Shown: piece by piece, positions 12,101 to 23,710 of the stretch
Numbering within the stretch: the first letter of the stretch is position 1
Layout: every line of letters begins with the position of its first letter
From: Balanoglossus misakiensis
Taxonomy: Eukaryota; Animalia; Hemichordata
DNA length: 64,000 nucleotides
Direction: 5' to 3'
Assembly: GCA_040954595.2 (NCBI GenBank)
Contig: CM082577.2
Span: 19,938,303-20,002,302 of the forward strand
Notes under the pieces: model-generated
Told to the model about the DNA's origin: nothing
The model's database searches: none
What the model saw: only the letters and a program-made list of their open reading frames with translations
Translations under genes and position numbers: made by a program

Positions 12101-13666
12101 TAATATTAATTAGCAAACAGTTCAATGAATACAAGATTTTGCGTAACACAAGTTCCGGGGCCCCTAGTCTTGTGCATGGGACATTTTTGTAAATTTTGAC
12201 GGTTTTCTTGAGTTCGGTAATATAATGGAAATAACCGACTACGCCCTGACCATTAATGTTTGTTTATGGGCGCGGGCTCGAGGAAAGCCAAAATTCATGG
12301 GCTCGGAAGCCTCGCCCATGAATTTTTGGCTTTCCCCTCGCCCTTGCCCATAAAAAAACATTAATGGTCAGGGCGTCATCCATTATTTCTACATTGTATA
12401 GTATACTAGCACTGCATTGTTCGTTGGTAATAGCACAGCCCCGCCTGACAGAGGGTGGGCTAAATCATGCTTAAGTATGTTATTATACCATTTCAACAAT
12501 AATTTATTTTCATATGTAGAATTTTGGTGTACTTACTTAATTTACTTTGCTCTATTGACATATGTTTTTGTAGAAGAGAAACTCAGAAACATTATTTTTT
12601 CCTACCTTCCTTGGTTTGTATTTCTTCTTAGTTGCACAGTTCATGTCTTCATGAACTTTATCGACCAACCACATCAGGAATTCCTGAGCATCATGTTGAT
12701 TACTGCCTTTATACTGTGAGCCATACTCTGAAACGACGTTTTTGAAATCTCGGCTAAGTTTCGGTCCATACTGGAAGGACCAGAGAGATTTCAACAGCAA
12801 TGCAAGTTGTTCGGTAATTTCGCCTTTACTACCGAATTTTCGACTATTTCGTTTATTGCGAATGCTATGTAAATCACTCCTATAAGACTCCATGACAAAG
12901 TACTCGGCTAGAGCGTCCGTGTTGCTCAGACACTGCACTATAGCGTTCATGAAACAGGTGTTGCCCAGATTTTTCAGTCCACATAATCCCGGGACACGAC
13001 ACGTTCTTTCCCCACCAATGGCACCATTTAATTTCGGCGAATCTCGACTTGATTCAATTTGCGTCTCTATATCAGAGTTCGCATCTGTATTAACAACTGT
13101 GTCTTGATCACGATCTGTGCTTACGTTAGTGTGTGTAGGGTTTTTAGCTCTAACATAATGTCTTGTTTCCACATGTTGGTGAGGATTGGCACGATGTTTC
13201 TTTTGGTGATCGGTTGTAGAAGGCAGCTGGTTCGTGTGTTTTTTACCCAATATATATTGTTCCCAATATTTCATCATAAGTTGTTTCATAGGTTTCCATT
13301 TACCCTTTTTGGGCGTTTTCTGGCGTTTTCTGGAGTCGTTTCCTTTAACCTGTAACTGTGTAGATGAGTTTTCCCGGTTTATTTTTACATGTCTGGGAAG
13401 TGTTGCTGCTTTGAAGTCATCTTCGTCATACAGTTCAACACCCGGACTCTTCTTTGTTTTGAGTTCTTCTGGAAGGTCAATTTCGCCATCGGATATGGCT
13501 CGAAGTTTCTGTCTCGCAGTCATCTTCAAACTCCTTACCCTAAGTCAAAATACATAGTAGAAGTGTGTGTCTAGAGACATATTCACACAGGTGCTCACTG
13601 CTTGGACCAGGGTCTGTGTGGAGTGACTTACTCATACTTCCCGTCGTTGAAGGTGTACGCCGCCAT
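2865..13666 (-). CDS. USP31: Ubiquitin carboxyl-terminal hydrolase USP31/USP43-like, 5' part (3 exons; continues beyond the left edge)
   Basis: The spliced product contains the Cys box GLKNLGNTCFMNAIVQCL, QHDAQEFLMWLVDKVHED and FQAQYRSSLKCPNC..NTFEPYLCVSLPLP, typical of USP31/43. GT-AG introns with consistent phases. The His box is not in the window. Confidence 0.88.
4631..7079 (+). mobile_element. Second HINE-like element nested in the 146-bp satellite
   Basis: 5' ATTAAAGCTGCAAGCAGC..GGGGCCCAAGC; 3' hairpin AGGGGCACAAGCGCC-CTCA-GGCGCTTGTGCCCCT-AAAAA. The satellite unit resumes across it without a TSD. Confidence 0.65.
5995..6892. mobile_element. Tc1/pogo-like MITE (TA TSD)
   Basis: TA-CCGTACTTGCCCGGGTAAGAGCCCC ... 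GGGGCTCTTACCCGGGCAAGTACGG-TA. An inverted shorter copy is at 25153-25780. Confidence 0.85.
7075..7810 (+). repeat. Tandem satellite, 143-146 bp unit, about 5 copies (further units at 4440-4632 and 9152-9220)
   Basis: CACCATAACACACATTCCTAC recurs at 7091, 7234, 7377, 7523 and 7669. Confidence 0.95.
7811..9148. mobile_element. TAA-flanked MITE (PIF/Harbinger/ISL2EU-like)
   Basis: TIR GGCC(C)AAAAAAAAAAGAGTTTTGTTT..AGCGTCC; TAA duplication within a satellite unit. Confidence 0.8.
9320..9947 (-). mobile_element. Palindrome-bearing element, partial inverted copy of the 54447-55724 family
   Basis: Shares the body (ACAAAGGTTGCGTCATTTTGTCCAATGAGCGGCC) and a degenerate palindrome at 9783-9947. Confidence 0.65.
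11992..12390 (+). mobile_element. Asymmetric-IR plus terminal palindrome element
   Basis: ATTATATTACC (11992) pairs with GGTAATATAAT (12216), followed by a palindrome at 12228-12389. Confidence 0.75.
12606..13539 (-). CDS. USP31: USP31/43-like exon 2 (catalytic Cys box)
   Basis: Acceptor ttttgacttag at 13540. Open frame through GNTCFMNA to KKYKPRK, donor GTAGGA at 12605. Confidence 0.9.
13632..13666 (-). CDS. USP31: USP31/43-like putative exon 1
   Basis: ATG GCG GCG... encodes MAAYTFNDGKY(E), with a perfect GA/GTAAGT donor and a 92-nt intron; its phase 2 matches exon 2. Confidence 0.7.
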
Positions 13667-13725
13667 TACGATGACGTAATGCATTGAAAGGGATCATGGG
13701 AGATACCGCAAGTATGACGTGGTAG
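13667..13725. promoter_or_regulatory. Putative USP31-like proximal promoter with CRE/ATF-like sites
   Basis: ATGACGTAAT (13671) and ATGACGTGG (about 13714) lie immediately upstream of the predicted start codon in a CpG-richer patch. Confidence 0.35.
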
Positions 13726-13994
13726 GCCGACGCCGGACCAAGGACGTTGACCCCAAAGAGCAAGGATCATGTAAACGCCCACCTTTCCTTCAAGTTGGTT
13801 GTACACATGGACTATTATGTCAAAGTGCAGCAATTGCAATAGACTGTCGACAGTCCCTCGCGCCTAATGTGTATCGATTCGGCGTTTCGTGCGAGAGCCG
13901 TAAGGCCCGTATCTTTTGTGGGCCTAAGGCCCGATTCGGCGTTTCGTGGTGCGATGGCTCTCGCACCACGAAACGCCGAATCGGGCCTTTGGCC

Positions 13995-16608
13995 CTCTGG
14001 AGGGGGGGGGGGGATTGGAAAAAATTGAGGGTATGTAAGGCTGCATTCACAAACACCTGTGGAGGGGGGGGGGCGGGAGAATTCATTTTTTTTACCGCTA
14101 ATTTTCACATACCCCCCTTCCGAACTGCCAATATTTTCAAATCCCCCCCTTCCGAACTGCCAAAATTTTTAAATCCCCCCCCCATTTTCTTTCACAGAGC
14201 AAAACACATCACCTATCTATCTTGTAAAAAGAAAAACAGCGCTCCCATGAAAAGAATTTGAAACTGATATTTCCCCTCATCAGTGGGTATTAAAACTGAA
14301 CATTGTTTTTATTTTTTAAGTACATATATTTGTATTCTGTGTTGGGAGACATTGTAAACCGAGAATTGAAGGGGGTGGGTTTGGGAGGGGGTGTCCCCCT
14401 CCCACGTAAGAAAATTTTCTAAAATACAGAGCTCAAAGCTGCATTTTAATGAACCCGGCAAAAGCAAATTAACTCAACTACCGGTATGTTGGGGAGGACA
14501 AATTTAACCGTCGCCGCTCAAAGTTATCATGGGGTGGGGCAATTCCCCTGACCTGGGACACTAGATAAACCAGTCAATGATTGAAAGGTGTTGATGAATG
14601 GAGGGGGTTGGTGTGGGAGGGGGTGTCCCCCTCCCACATTAGAAAATTTTGTAAAATAAAGGGCGCGAAACTGCATTTTTGTGGACTCAAAATAAATATT
14701 TAGTCGTTAAAGTTTTCAAGTCCCCCCTTTCAGTCCCTAAATTATTTCAAATCCCCCCCTTACATACCCTCAATTTTTTCAAAGCCCCCCCCTCAATTCT
14801 CCTGCCCCCCCCCTCCAGAGGTGTTTGTGAATGCAGCCTAAGGGGGGATTTGAAATAATTTAGGGACTGAAAGGGGGGGCTTGAAAACTTTGAGGACTAA
14901 ATATTTACATGTATTTTGAGTCCACAAAAATGCAGTTTTGAACCCTTCATAATACAATTTTTTCTAATGTGGGAGGGGGTGTCCCCCACACCCACCCCCG
15001 TTATTCATCAACACCTTTCAATCATTGACTGGTTTATCTAGTGTCCCAGGTCAGGGGACTTGCCCCCCACCCCCCCATGCTAACTTTGAGCGGCGAAGGT
15101 TAAATTTGTCCTCCCCAACATACCGGTAGTTGAGTTAATTTTCTTTTGGGTTCATTAAAATGCTGCCTTTCTTACAAACCCACCCCTTCACTTCTCAGTT
15201 TACAATGTCTGCCAACACAGAATACAAATACTTAAAAAGGGACAAAGTCTCTCTCTCGCTGCCCTTTTTCCATTAAGTGTGTGGTATAATGCTGATTCAC
15301 TATATATCCACATGTAGAATAACATAAACAGTGTCTTGTATCAAACATAATTAGGGACCGTTCAGTTTTTACGGCAGGGGGGGGGGGGCGGCATGTTTGT
15401 GTCATCGGTTTTCAAAATCAGGCCGACCCCCCCCCCTTCACCCAGCACCAAAAAATGATGACCCCCCCCCTTTGACAGACCCAAAAATATGATGACCCCC
15501 CCCCCACGCCGAAAACATTCGCCGTCCTGATCCTATGTACACTGTATGCAATACAGGGAATGAGGCTCCTCACACCTCAATTATAATTTTTTAAAGTAAT
15601 TGAAGTATATAATAGTATATCGTTGCAATAAAGAAATCTGTGAACAAAATAAAATGAAAAGTCAATACTATAGTTGCTAGAATTGGTAAAACAAGATAGA
15701 AAAGTGGCGGGGATGGCTGTGGGAGGGGGTGTCCCTAAGAAAATTTTGTAAAATACGGTGCTCAAAGTTGCATTTTAAAGAACTCAAAAGCAAATTAACT
15801 AATGTTAGGCAGGACAAATTTAATTTTGCCACTCCACTCAAAGTAAGCATCGGGGGTGGGGTGGGAAGAAGTCTGCCCTTGTACACTAGACAAGCCAGCG
15901 ACTAAATGATATGTGGCGAAGAATGGAGGGGGTGGGTGTGGGAGGGGGTGTCCCCCTCCCACCTAAGAACATTTTGTAAAATATGTAGCTCAAAGTTGCA
16001 TTTTTATGAACTCAAAAGCAAATTATCTCAATGTTTGGGTGGACCAATTTTGCATTTTGCCACTCCACTCAAAGTTAGAAGATTTGGCGTCATCTTCGTC
16101 ATGACATCATTTATAAAACTTCTAGTATATAGAAGATGCAGCACGAAACTATTCTCCTTTATGTATTTACTTTGTTAACTATTATCATCAGTGGGGTTGG
16201 GGTGGCAAGCACTCTGCGTGACCCCCCCCCCTAGATTTTGCCGCCCCTCCCCCCCCGGCCGTAAAAACTGAACGGTCCCTTAATGGAAAAAAGACAGCGA
16301 GAGATAGACTTTGTCCCTTTAAGAAATATAAACAATGTTCAGTTTTAATACCCACTCATGAGGGAAAACATTATTTTCATATTCTATTCATGAGATCGCT
16401 GTTTTTCTTTTTTACAAGATAGATAGGTGATGTGTTTTGCTGTGTGAAAGAAAATGGGGGGGGGATTTCAAAATTTTAGTAGTTCGGAAGGGGGGATTTG
16501 AAAATATTTTGGGTTGTGTACGGGGGGGGCATGTGAAAATTAACGGTAAAAAAATTGAATTCTCCCGCCCCCCCCCCCCCTCCACAGGTGTTTGTGAATG
16601 CAGCCTAA
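13995..16608. mobile_element. Nest of MITEs: Harbinger-like GGCTGCATTCACAAACACCT family (outer copy, plus an inverted inner copy at 14039-14838), TTAA element 15232-16322, Harbinger-like 15354-16279
   Basis: TIR pairs GGCTGCATTCACAAACACCT/AGGTGTTTGTGAATGCAGCC (TAA TSD), AGGGACAAAGTCT/AGACTTTGTCCCT (TTAA) and GGGACCGTTCAGTTTTTACGGC/GCCGTAAAAACTGAACGGTCCC (TTA). Host sequences rejoin across each insert. Confidence 0.8.
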
Positions 16609-17089
16609 GTACGCCAAAGAATATTGTTACAATTTTCCGAGACTATCGGAGTAGTAATGTACTTCCCAATGATTGCAAAATTAGTCGTGTATCTTTGTTT
16701 CTAACTTTCGCCTATGGAACGTTAATATGTTGTGTGGCAATTGAAGAGCAGAAGTTAGTGCTGGCATTCGTTATTCGCACTGTAGGTTACTACGGTGAAC
16801 ATCATGGCAGACTATTAGGCCTAAATAGTAAATAAATAAAAAAATATGACGCGAAACCTGCATTTATTGGTCACTTTACATAATACAATTCTAATTACAT
16901 GCGCCTGTGCACGTGGCTACAATCCCCCTATTATTGCAACTAGGTAGAAACACATGCATGGGCCAAAGACCGAAATCCCCCCTGAGGAGTTTTGCAGACA
17001 TATATTTTTGAAAAGCCTATTTATCAAGCTGTCGGAATCAGGTTGTTTGCACTCATATGAGGCCTAATGATGGGTGTGGCCGTGAGGAG

Positions 17090-18630
17090 CTGTTGTCATG
17101 GTAACAGTAGCATAATTTTAGGGGTATTCATACAGTTAAAAATGAAATATTTCAGGATCTGAGAAAGCTAGTATAAAATTTAAACATTCAGTCTTATAAA
17201 GAAGGGTATGGGCTATCCAATGATTACATGACCGACAAGGTCAGAGGTCAAGTTCATCCTCAAAACTTGGGGTCAAGCGAATATTTCGCTATTTTTTGCA
17301 TCGATCATACAAAGTTTTGATTTACTGGAAAACGGTTTGCTCGAGGAGGCTGTAAATTGGTCACCAGGTAGCAAGGAATATTAGTTTTAGGAAAAAAAGC
17401 TGATTCACGTCTTTGGTAGTAATTTATATTAAAATTCTGTAACCATAACGACGGATAGAAGATTTTGCGAAATTCCCTAAAATAAGAAACTTGCGCGCTA
17501 TAGGCCTATCTTTGCTACCAATTAAGCTTTAGATAAAACTTAAACACTCGAACTTATAATGTCGGTGCGAGCTTTTGATTCCTAACTTGAACTTTGTGGT
17601 TCAAGGTCAAGGTCATCCTCAAATTTCGGGTCAAAATAACAAAATGGGCACTGACTATGGATTTTTGTTCAAAATGATACTTTACGGCTAGCGTTTAGGC
17701 CCTACTAAACACTGTTTTGGTCTAGAATGCTCTAAGTTGGTCTCCAGATAGAGATGTGTATTGTTTACGAACATTGTTTTTGTTGGTAACATAAATGACT
17801 ACAAAATTAATGGTAGGGATAGCAAAGTTTTATGGGTACTCATACAGTTAAAACGGAGATATTTCAGGTTCTGAGAAAGATAGAGATACAATTTAAACAT
17901 TTAGTCTTATAAAGTAGGGTGCAGGCTATCCATGTCCTTATTTGCATGTCTATCTTATATTGAGTTGACTTACTTGAAGGCAGTTTGCTCAAGGAGGCTG
18001 TAAATTGATCAACAGATGGCATATTACAATATTTCGAAAGTGTGAAGTGCAGTGTGGTTTACGGAACTGTTTATCATCAAAATTCTGTTACCATAACGAC
18101 TCGTGTTAAATTCGCTATGTCTGCCATAATAGGAAATACACGTACCTTTGAACCCAGTACAGCTTTCGACATAAACCATCTATATGTAACCATATATATA
18201 ATTTTGAGTATGGGCTATAGAATGCATTAAATTGTTGGGTTCAAAGGTCGCCTTCAATTTCGAGGTCGGAGCAATTTTTAATGCCTGCCTTACGAAATAT
18301 ATGCATTATAGCTATTGTTTGCTGTCGATAAAGTTGATGCGGTATCCTGTATTTTAGCAATCGGATGCTATTATTCAGTTTCTTTGCGATATTGAATATT
18401 TTTCATATTTTAGGTGTAATATTCTGTTACCAGAAACACCGATCAGCGAGTAACCTTCAGAAATGCAACAAATCAGGAAATTGTACATCGAGATAACTTG
18501 AAGAATGATTATCATGATTATAAGTTGCCAGTGCTCAGTATTTGGAGCGTCAGATGTTTACTTATCACACCACTTTTAAATTTGAAGTTCACGGTCACCT
18601 TCAAAAGTTGGGGTCAAAATTCGATATCAC
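17090..18630 (+). repeat. Old diverged satellite with about 350-bp monomer and about 710-bp dimer
   Basis: The GGTCA.GGTCATCCTCAAA..GGGTCAA motif occurs near 17240, 17600, 18240 and 18585. A block of about 100 bp is repeated at about 17122 and 17835. Confidence 0.6.
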
Positions 18631-19200
18631 AAATCTTATTAGTGTTGCGGATCTCCCACATGAAGAAAACGTACCCGCGGTACAACATTTTGTGTCATAC
18701 ATCATTTAAAAGTTAGGTTCGGAAAGTGTGAAAATCCTTGATGACATTTTCAATTCCCATGGCGAGCTGATAAATTCAAGATTTATTTAAAAATTGGCAT
18801 ATTTCTCGAATGCAAACGTCTATTTGCAATTGCTATAAAGGGACATACATTATCAGCGTTCTTTCCACTGTAAAAATACTAAATTCAACTTATAATGTGG
18901 CCATTCTATGGTATCCCAGTTTAAATATGTACAAAGTTTGATAGTATTTAGCACATTCTTATCAATATGTTTTTGTTGTTGATATGACAATGTAAATCTG
19001 TTCGTCTTGCCCCTCTATCAGTCGCTGAAGTTGCGTATAGAACAATCTGCGTATCTGCTTCTTCACTGTAGCTCTACTATACAGGAGTTACGCTGAACGA
19101 CCATACGACGTTGGGCGATCTCTTTTACAGTTACGTGTATTTACAACATCGACAAACAACAGCAAGGAATGCCAAATTGTTTTTGTAAAAGAAAATTTAG

Positions 19201-19365
19201 TATCATCATATCATTTCATCATCATCATCATCATCATCAACATCATCATCAACATCATCATCATCGTCGTCGTCGTCGTCAACAACAACAACAACAAACA
19301 AACAAACAACACGATTTCTCTGTCCGCTGTGCTAGAATCAAGAGACACAAACAACAACAACAACT
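19201..19365 (+). repeat. Compound (CAT)n(CGT)n(CAA)n microsatellite
   Basis: Directly visible. Confidence 0.9.
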
Positions 19366-19461
19366 AAAGAAAGAAAGAAGAAAAATGCCAATACTGTTGA
19401 GTGAACCGCGAAAAGAAAGGACAGACTGAGAGTGACGGAGGTCGAAAGTAGATTATTCCGT

Positions 19462-21810
19462 AATTTGGGACCGAACTAGCTCTCGCCAAAAGACTTCGTG
19501 GAAACTCTTGCCATGCTGAGAAGCTTAAGTCTATATAGAATCAGAGATGTCGTTTTAGGATGATGTAGAAGCATAGCTAGAGAGATATCGGGGTCCTGTA
19601 CCCAAAAAGGAATTGCAGCAAATAGATGAGACTTGGTTGTGAATGCAAGTGGAAGTGCTCAACGGAATGATGAGTTCTGGAAAGTTGAGGTCCATGACGA
19701 CGCGACGGCGTGTAGAGACCTTCTTGGGCACAGTTTGAAGAAAATTCCGATGAGGTGGAAGTGCTCAACGGAATGATGAGTTCTGGAAAATTGAGGTCCA
19801 TGACGACACGACGGCGTGTAGAGACCTTCTTGGGCACAGTTTGAAGAAAATTCCGATGAGGTGGAAGTGCTCAACGGAATGATGAGTTCTGGAAAGTTGA
19901 GGTCCATGACGACACGACGGCGTGTAGAGACCTTCTTGGGCACAGTCTGAAGAAAATTCCGATGAGGTGGAAGTGCTCAACGGAATGACGAGTTCTGGAA
20001 AATTGAGGTCCATGACGACACGACGGCGTGTAGAGACCTTCTTGGGCACAGTTTGAAGAAAATTCCGATGAGGTGGAAGTGCTCAACGGAATGACGAGTT
20101 CTGGAAAATTGAGGTCCATGACGACACGACGGCGTGTAGAGACCTTCTTGGGCACAGTTTGAAGAAAATTCCGATGAGGTGGAAGTGCTCAACGGAATGA
20201 CGAGTTCTGGAAAGCTGAGGTCCATCATCCATGACGACGCGACTGCGTGTAGAGAGCGTTGTGAAAATCCGTGTAGTAGAAGTGGAATATGTTGTCTGTT
20301 GATACGGCTGTAGGGCCGAAGTAGCGCTGGTATAAGGGACCAGATAGCCCGAAAGTTAGCGTTGGACGGTGACCGCGCGCTAGAAAAATATTCTGTGTAG
20401 AGAAGAGTCGGATGATCTGTGGAGAAGACTGAACACATTGTAGCCTAGTGGTACAACTCAACTACTGAAGATCCGTCCGAATTCGATGTATGTGTACTAC
20501 TGTGCTATCTGAGTGATCGGACATATTGTGACGATGTAGCGTCGAAAAAGACGGATTTCGGAAGAAGTTGTTGAGCGAGCGACTGTTCCAGCAACTCTGT
20601 AAGATGGCGGAAGCCCTACAATGTAGCAACTTCTCTGCCGAAGGCGGGAAGGCCCACTCCATAGAGGGCGCCCCAAATTACACCCAAGGGTTTGGGCCTA
20701 AATTTGGGACCGAACTAGCTCTCGCCAAAAGACTTCGTGGAAACTCTTGCCATGCTGAGAAGCTTAAGTCTATATAGAATCAGAGATGTCGTTTTAGGAT
20801 GATGTAGAAGCACAGCTAGAGAGATATCGGGGTCCTGTACCCAAAAAGGAATTGCAGCAAATAGATGAGACTTGGTTGTGAATGCAAGTGGAAGTGCTCA
20901 ACGGAATGATGAGTTCTGGAAAGTTGAGGTCCATGACGACGCGACGGCGTGTAGAGACCTTCTTGGGCACAGTTTGAAGAAAATTCTGATGAGGTGGAAG
21001 TGCTCAACGGAATGATGAGTTCTGGAAAATTGAGGTCCATGACGACGCGACGGCGTGTAGAGACCTTCTTGAGCACAGTCTGAAGAAAATTCCGATGAGG
21101 TGGAAGTGCTCAACGGAATGACGAGTTCTGGAAAGCTGAGGTCCATCATCCATGACGACGCGACTGCGTGTAGAGAGCGTTGTGAAAATCCGTGTAGTAG
21201 AAGTGGAATATGTTGTCTGTTGATACGGCTGTAGGGCCGAAGTAGCGCTGGTATAAGGGACCAGATAGCCCGAAAGTTAGCGTTGGACGGTGACCGCGCG
21301 CTAGAAAAATATTCTGTGTAGAGAAGAGTCGGATGATCTGTGGAGAAGACTGAACACATTGTAGCCTAGTGGTACAACTCAACTACTGAAGATCCGTCCG
21401 AATTCGATGTATGTGTACTACTGTGCTATCTGAGTGATCGGACATATTGTGACGATGTAGCGTCGAAAAAGACGGATTTCGGAAGAAGTTGTTGAGCGAG
21501 CGACTGTTCCAGCAACTCTGTAAGATGGCGGAAGCCCTACAATGTAGCAACTTCTCTGCCGAAGGCGGGAAGGCCCACTCCATAGAGGGCGCCCCAAATT
21601 ACACCCAAGGGTTTGGGCCTAAATTTGGGACCGAACTAGCTCTCGCCAAAAGACTTCGTGGAAACTCTTGCCATGCTGAGAAGCTTAAGTCTATATAGAA
21701 TCAGAGATGTCGTTTTAGGATGATGTAGAAGCACAGCTAGAGAGATATCGGGGTCCTGTACCCAAAAAGGAATTGCAGCAAATAGATGAGACTTGGTTGT
21801 GAATGCAAGT
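19462..21810. repeat. Nested tandem array: 1239-bp and 921-bp near-identical macro-units plus a 189-bp partial unit, each full unit holding a 106-bp subarray
   Basis: AATTTGGGACCGAACTAG starts at 19462, 20701 and 21622. The 106-bp unit occurs about 5.7 times versus about 2.7 times (difference 318 = 3x106). Confidence 0.95.
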
Positions 21811-23254
21811 ATGCATTTTTCTAAATCACTCGGCTATCTGTCAGTACTGTACATCGAAAAATTAAACATAATGATAGGCTAAAATCTGAACACGTGCTGC
21901 TTGTTTATTTTAGAATAGGTCTAGGGCCTACATGTTGTGTAAGGATATTCGCGCAATGCTGTACGTGATAAGAATCCAGAATTCAAAGGCAATCACTGCT
22001 GGATTTCGCATGCTTTTTTATCTTTGTCACTTCCTGTGACCCATTTGATGGTGTCCCCTCGGAATCGTCCTTTCCCCTAAAATCCCCCCGAATATCAAAT
22101 GGTTCATCCCTTCATATTAATATTTGCAATAATAAAGGTTGCGTCTACGAGTTCGCACACGGCGGTGCATGGCTTGCGCCTGTGATTGCCCGGGGTGTTC
22201 GCTTACTGGTATGGTCCCTACGGCCTTTGGCGAAGGCGATAGCAAGTCCAACAGCCGCAGGAATACAATAACTGAGATAGCAGCTTGATTCAACCTGTTA
22301 ATATTAACAGGTACATTCCAACGTCTTTGGCAACCTCGTATCTGAAGAAGAGTCGATCGATTTCGTAAGTATACTGGGTACCGGTACGTACCCGACGGTA
22401 CCCCGCAGTCGATGGATCATTGTGGATTTTTGATGTCCAGAATAACCGATTATAATTTATTTTTGCGGATTTGCAATATTTTCAGGGGTTGGATCGTACG
22501 GCCTCATTCTTTTGGCGATTGCATGTTGGCCTATTGATCTGCCTGCACTGGTTCATGTTTGACTGCTGATTAATTTTTATCAGACTGTAAATAGTGTGTC
22601 AATGCAGAGTGCACCGCGTATCGCGTACGGCGCGGCGTCGTTTAGGCTTGAAAATACAGTGCCAGTGGCAACTGGGCGCACGTACGTACGTACCGTGTCA
22701 ATGGTTTCCAAAGGGTTATCAGCAGGTGATTATATAAACACTGTTGAAGTCGACAGGATATTTTATTAAAAATAAGGCCGAGGCTATTGACAGGCGCGTG
22801 TCAATAGCCAGTGCGTGTTGGATTTCCTATTGACACACGTGTGGTATGAATTTGGAGACACCACGGTTTAATTATTAAGTTGTAACGTATTTCCCCGTAC
22901 CATTGCACGATAAGCAATGAATTCCGTTCATCATGAAACTTGAAATATTTTACAGTAGGCCCTATGTGCGCACTGTTGAGGTCAGCGTCGAGGTGTGTCA
23001 ACTCAGTGTGCAGCGGCCGTAGTACATCACACATGAACGGTAAAACAATCGTATATGAACTGGTGAGGTTGCTCAGAAATATTTCAGAAATTTGCACTTC
23101 CTTTCATCTACTAGTAGTGACCACTAGTACATTTGCGGCGGAAAAGATAAGTCCCCCGAAGGAAAATGTGAAATGTTTATAAAAGTCAGCAGTAAAATGG
23201 AGGGGAAATCCCCGTGACACGGTCAGGAGATAAGCTTTAGAATCGGTAGGCGCT

Positions 23255-23331
23255 TAGCCTGGCTCCAGACCAGTGTGTTTTAGATATATAGAAGAAATTC
23301 TATATACCTAAAACACACTGGTCTGGAGCCA
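23255..23331. repeat. Short palindromic MITE remnant (TAG-start, Academ-like)
   Basis: CTGGCTCCAGACCAGTGTGTTTTAG ... CTAAAACACACTGGTCTGGAGCCAG. Confidence 0.6.
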
Positions 23332-23710
23332 GAAATTGCACACGACGGACTTAGGGTTGGTCCATTTGATATCGTGAGAGGGGCGGCCAGGAAGATTTTT
23401 GAAATGAAAAGAATGTGGATGGACTCCCTTTAAAAATCGACCACAGTAAGTAGGCTTGAAAAGTAAATGTCATGCTGACACCAATGAAAACAATCCAGTA
23501 CCAGCCATTTTCTTCGAATTCTAGCTTTTTATGTCAATTTTTGTGTACCCTTTGATAACAATTACATAGTGTAAAATAATTTGTTGACATGTTGTTTAGG
23601 TGCAGTGTTTTCATAACATCTACAAAGACATTTCTTAACTTGTGTTTTACCATAAAATATACTGGAGGGCTCTGGATTTAAAAGAAATACTAGTATACAC
23701 CTTAGTTTTA

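Noticed and set aside
12892-13574. Plus-strand ORFs overlapping USP exon 2 (also 2834-3277, 38994-39323, 40950-41267)
   Set aside because: They are antisense shadows of real minus-strand exons.
19169-19429. His/Gln-rich ORF
   Set aside because: It is a translation of a microsatellite.
19651-21130. 106-bp array as a CRISPR array, box C/D snoRNA cluster or hammerhead ribozymes
   Set aside because: There are no unique spacers. ATGATGA is present, but the D-box position is TTGA in most copies and there is no adjacent terminal stem. The CUGAUGA...GAAA hammerhead core with stem II is not properly formed.
19577-21698. Repeated ORFs MPKKVSTRRR..., MCSVFSTDH..., MEWAFPP...
   Set aside because: These are artefacts of a 106-bp repeat (not a multiple of 3) that shifts frame each unit, with no recognisable domain.
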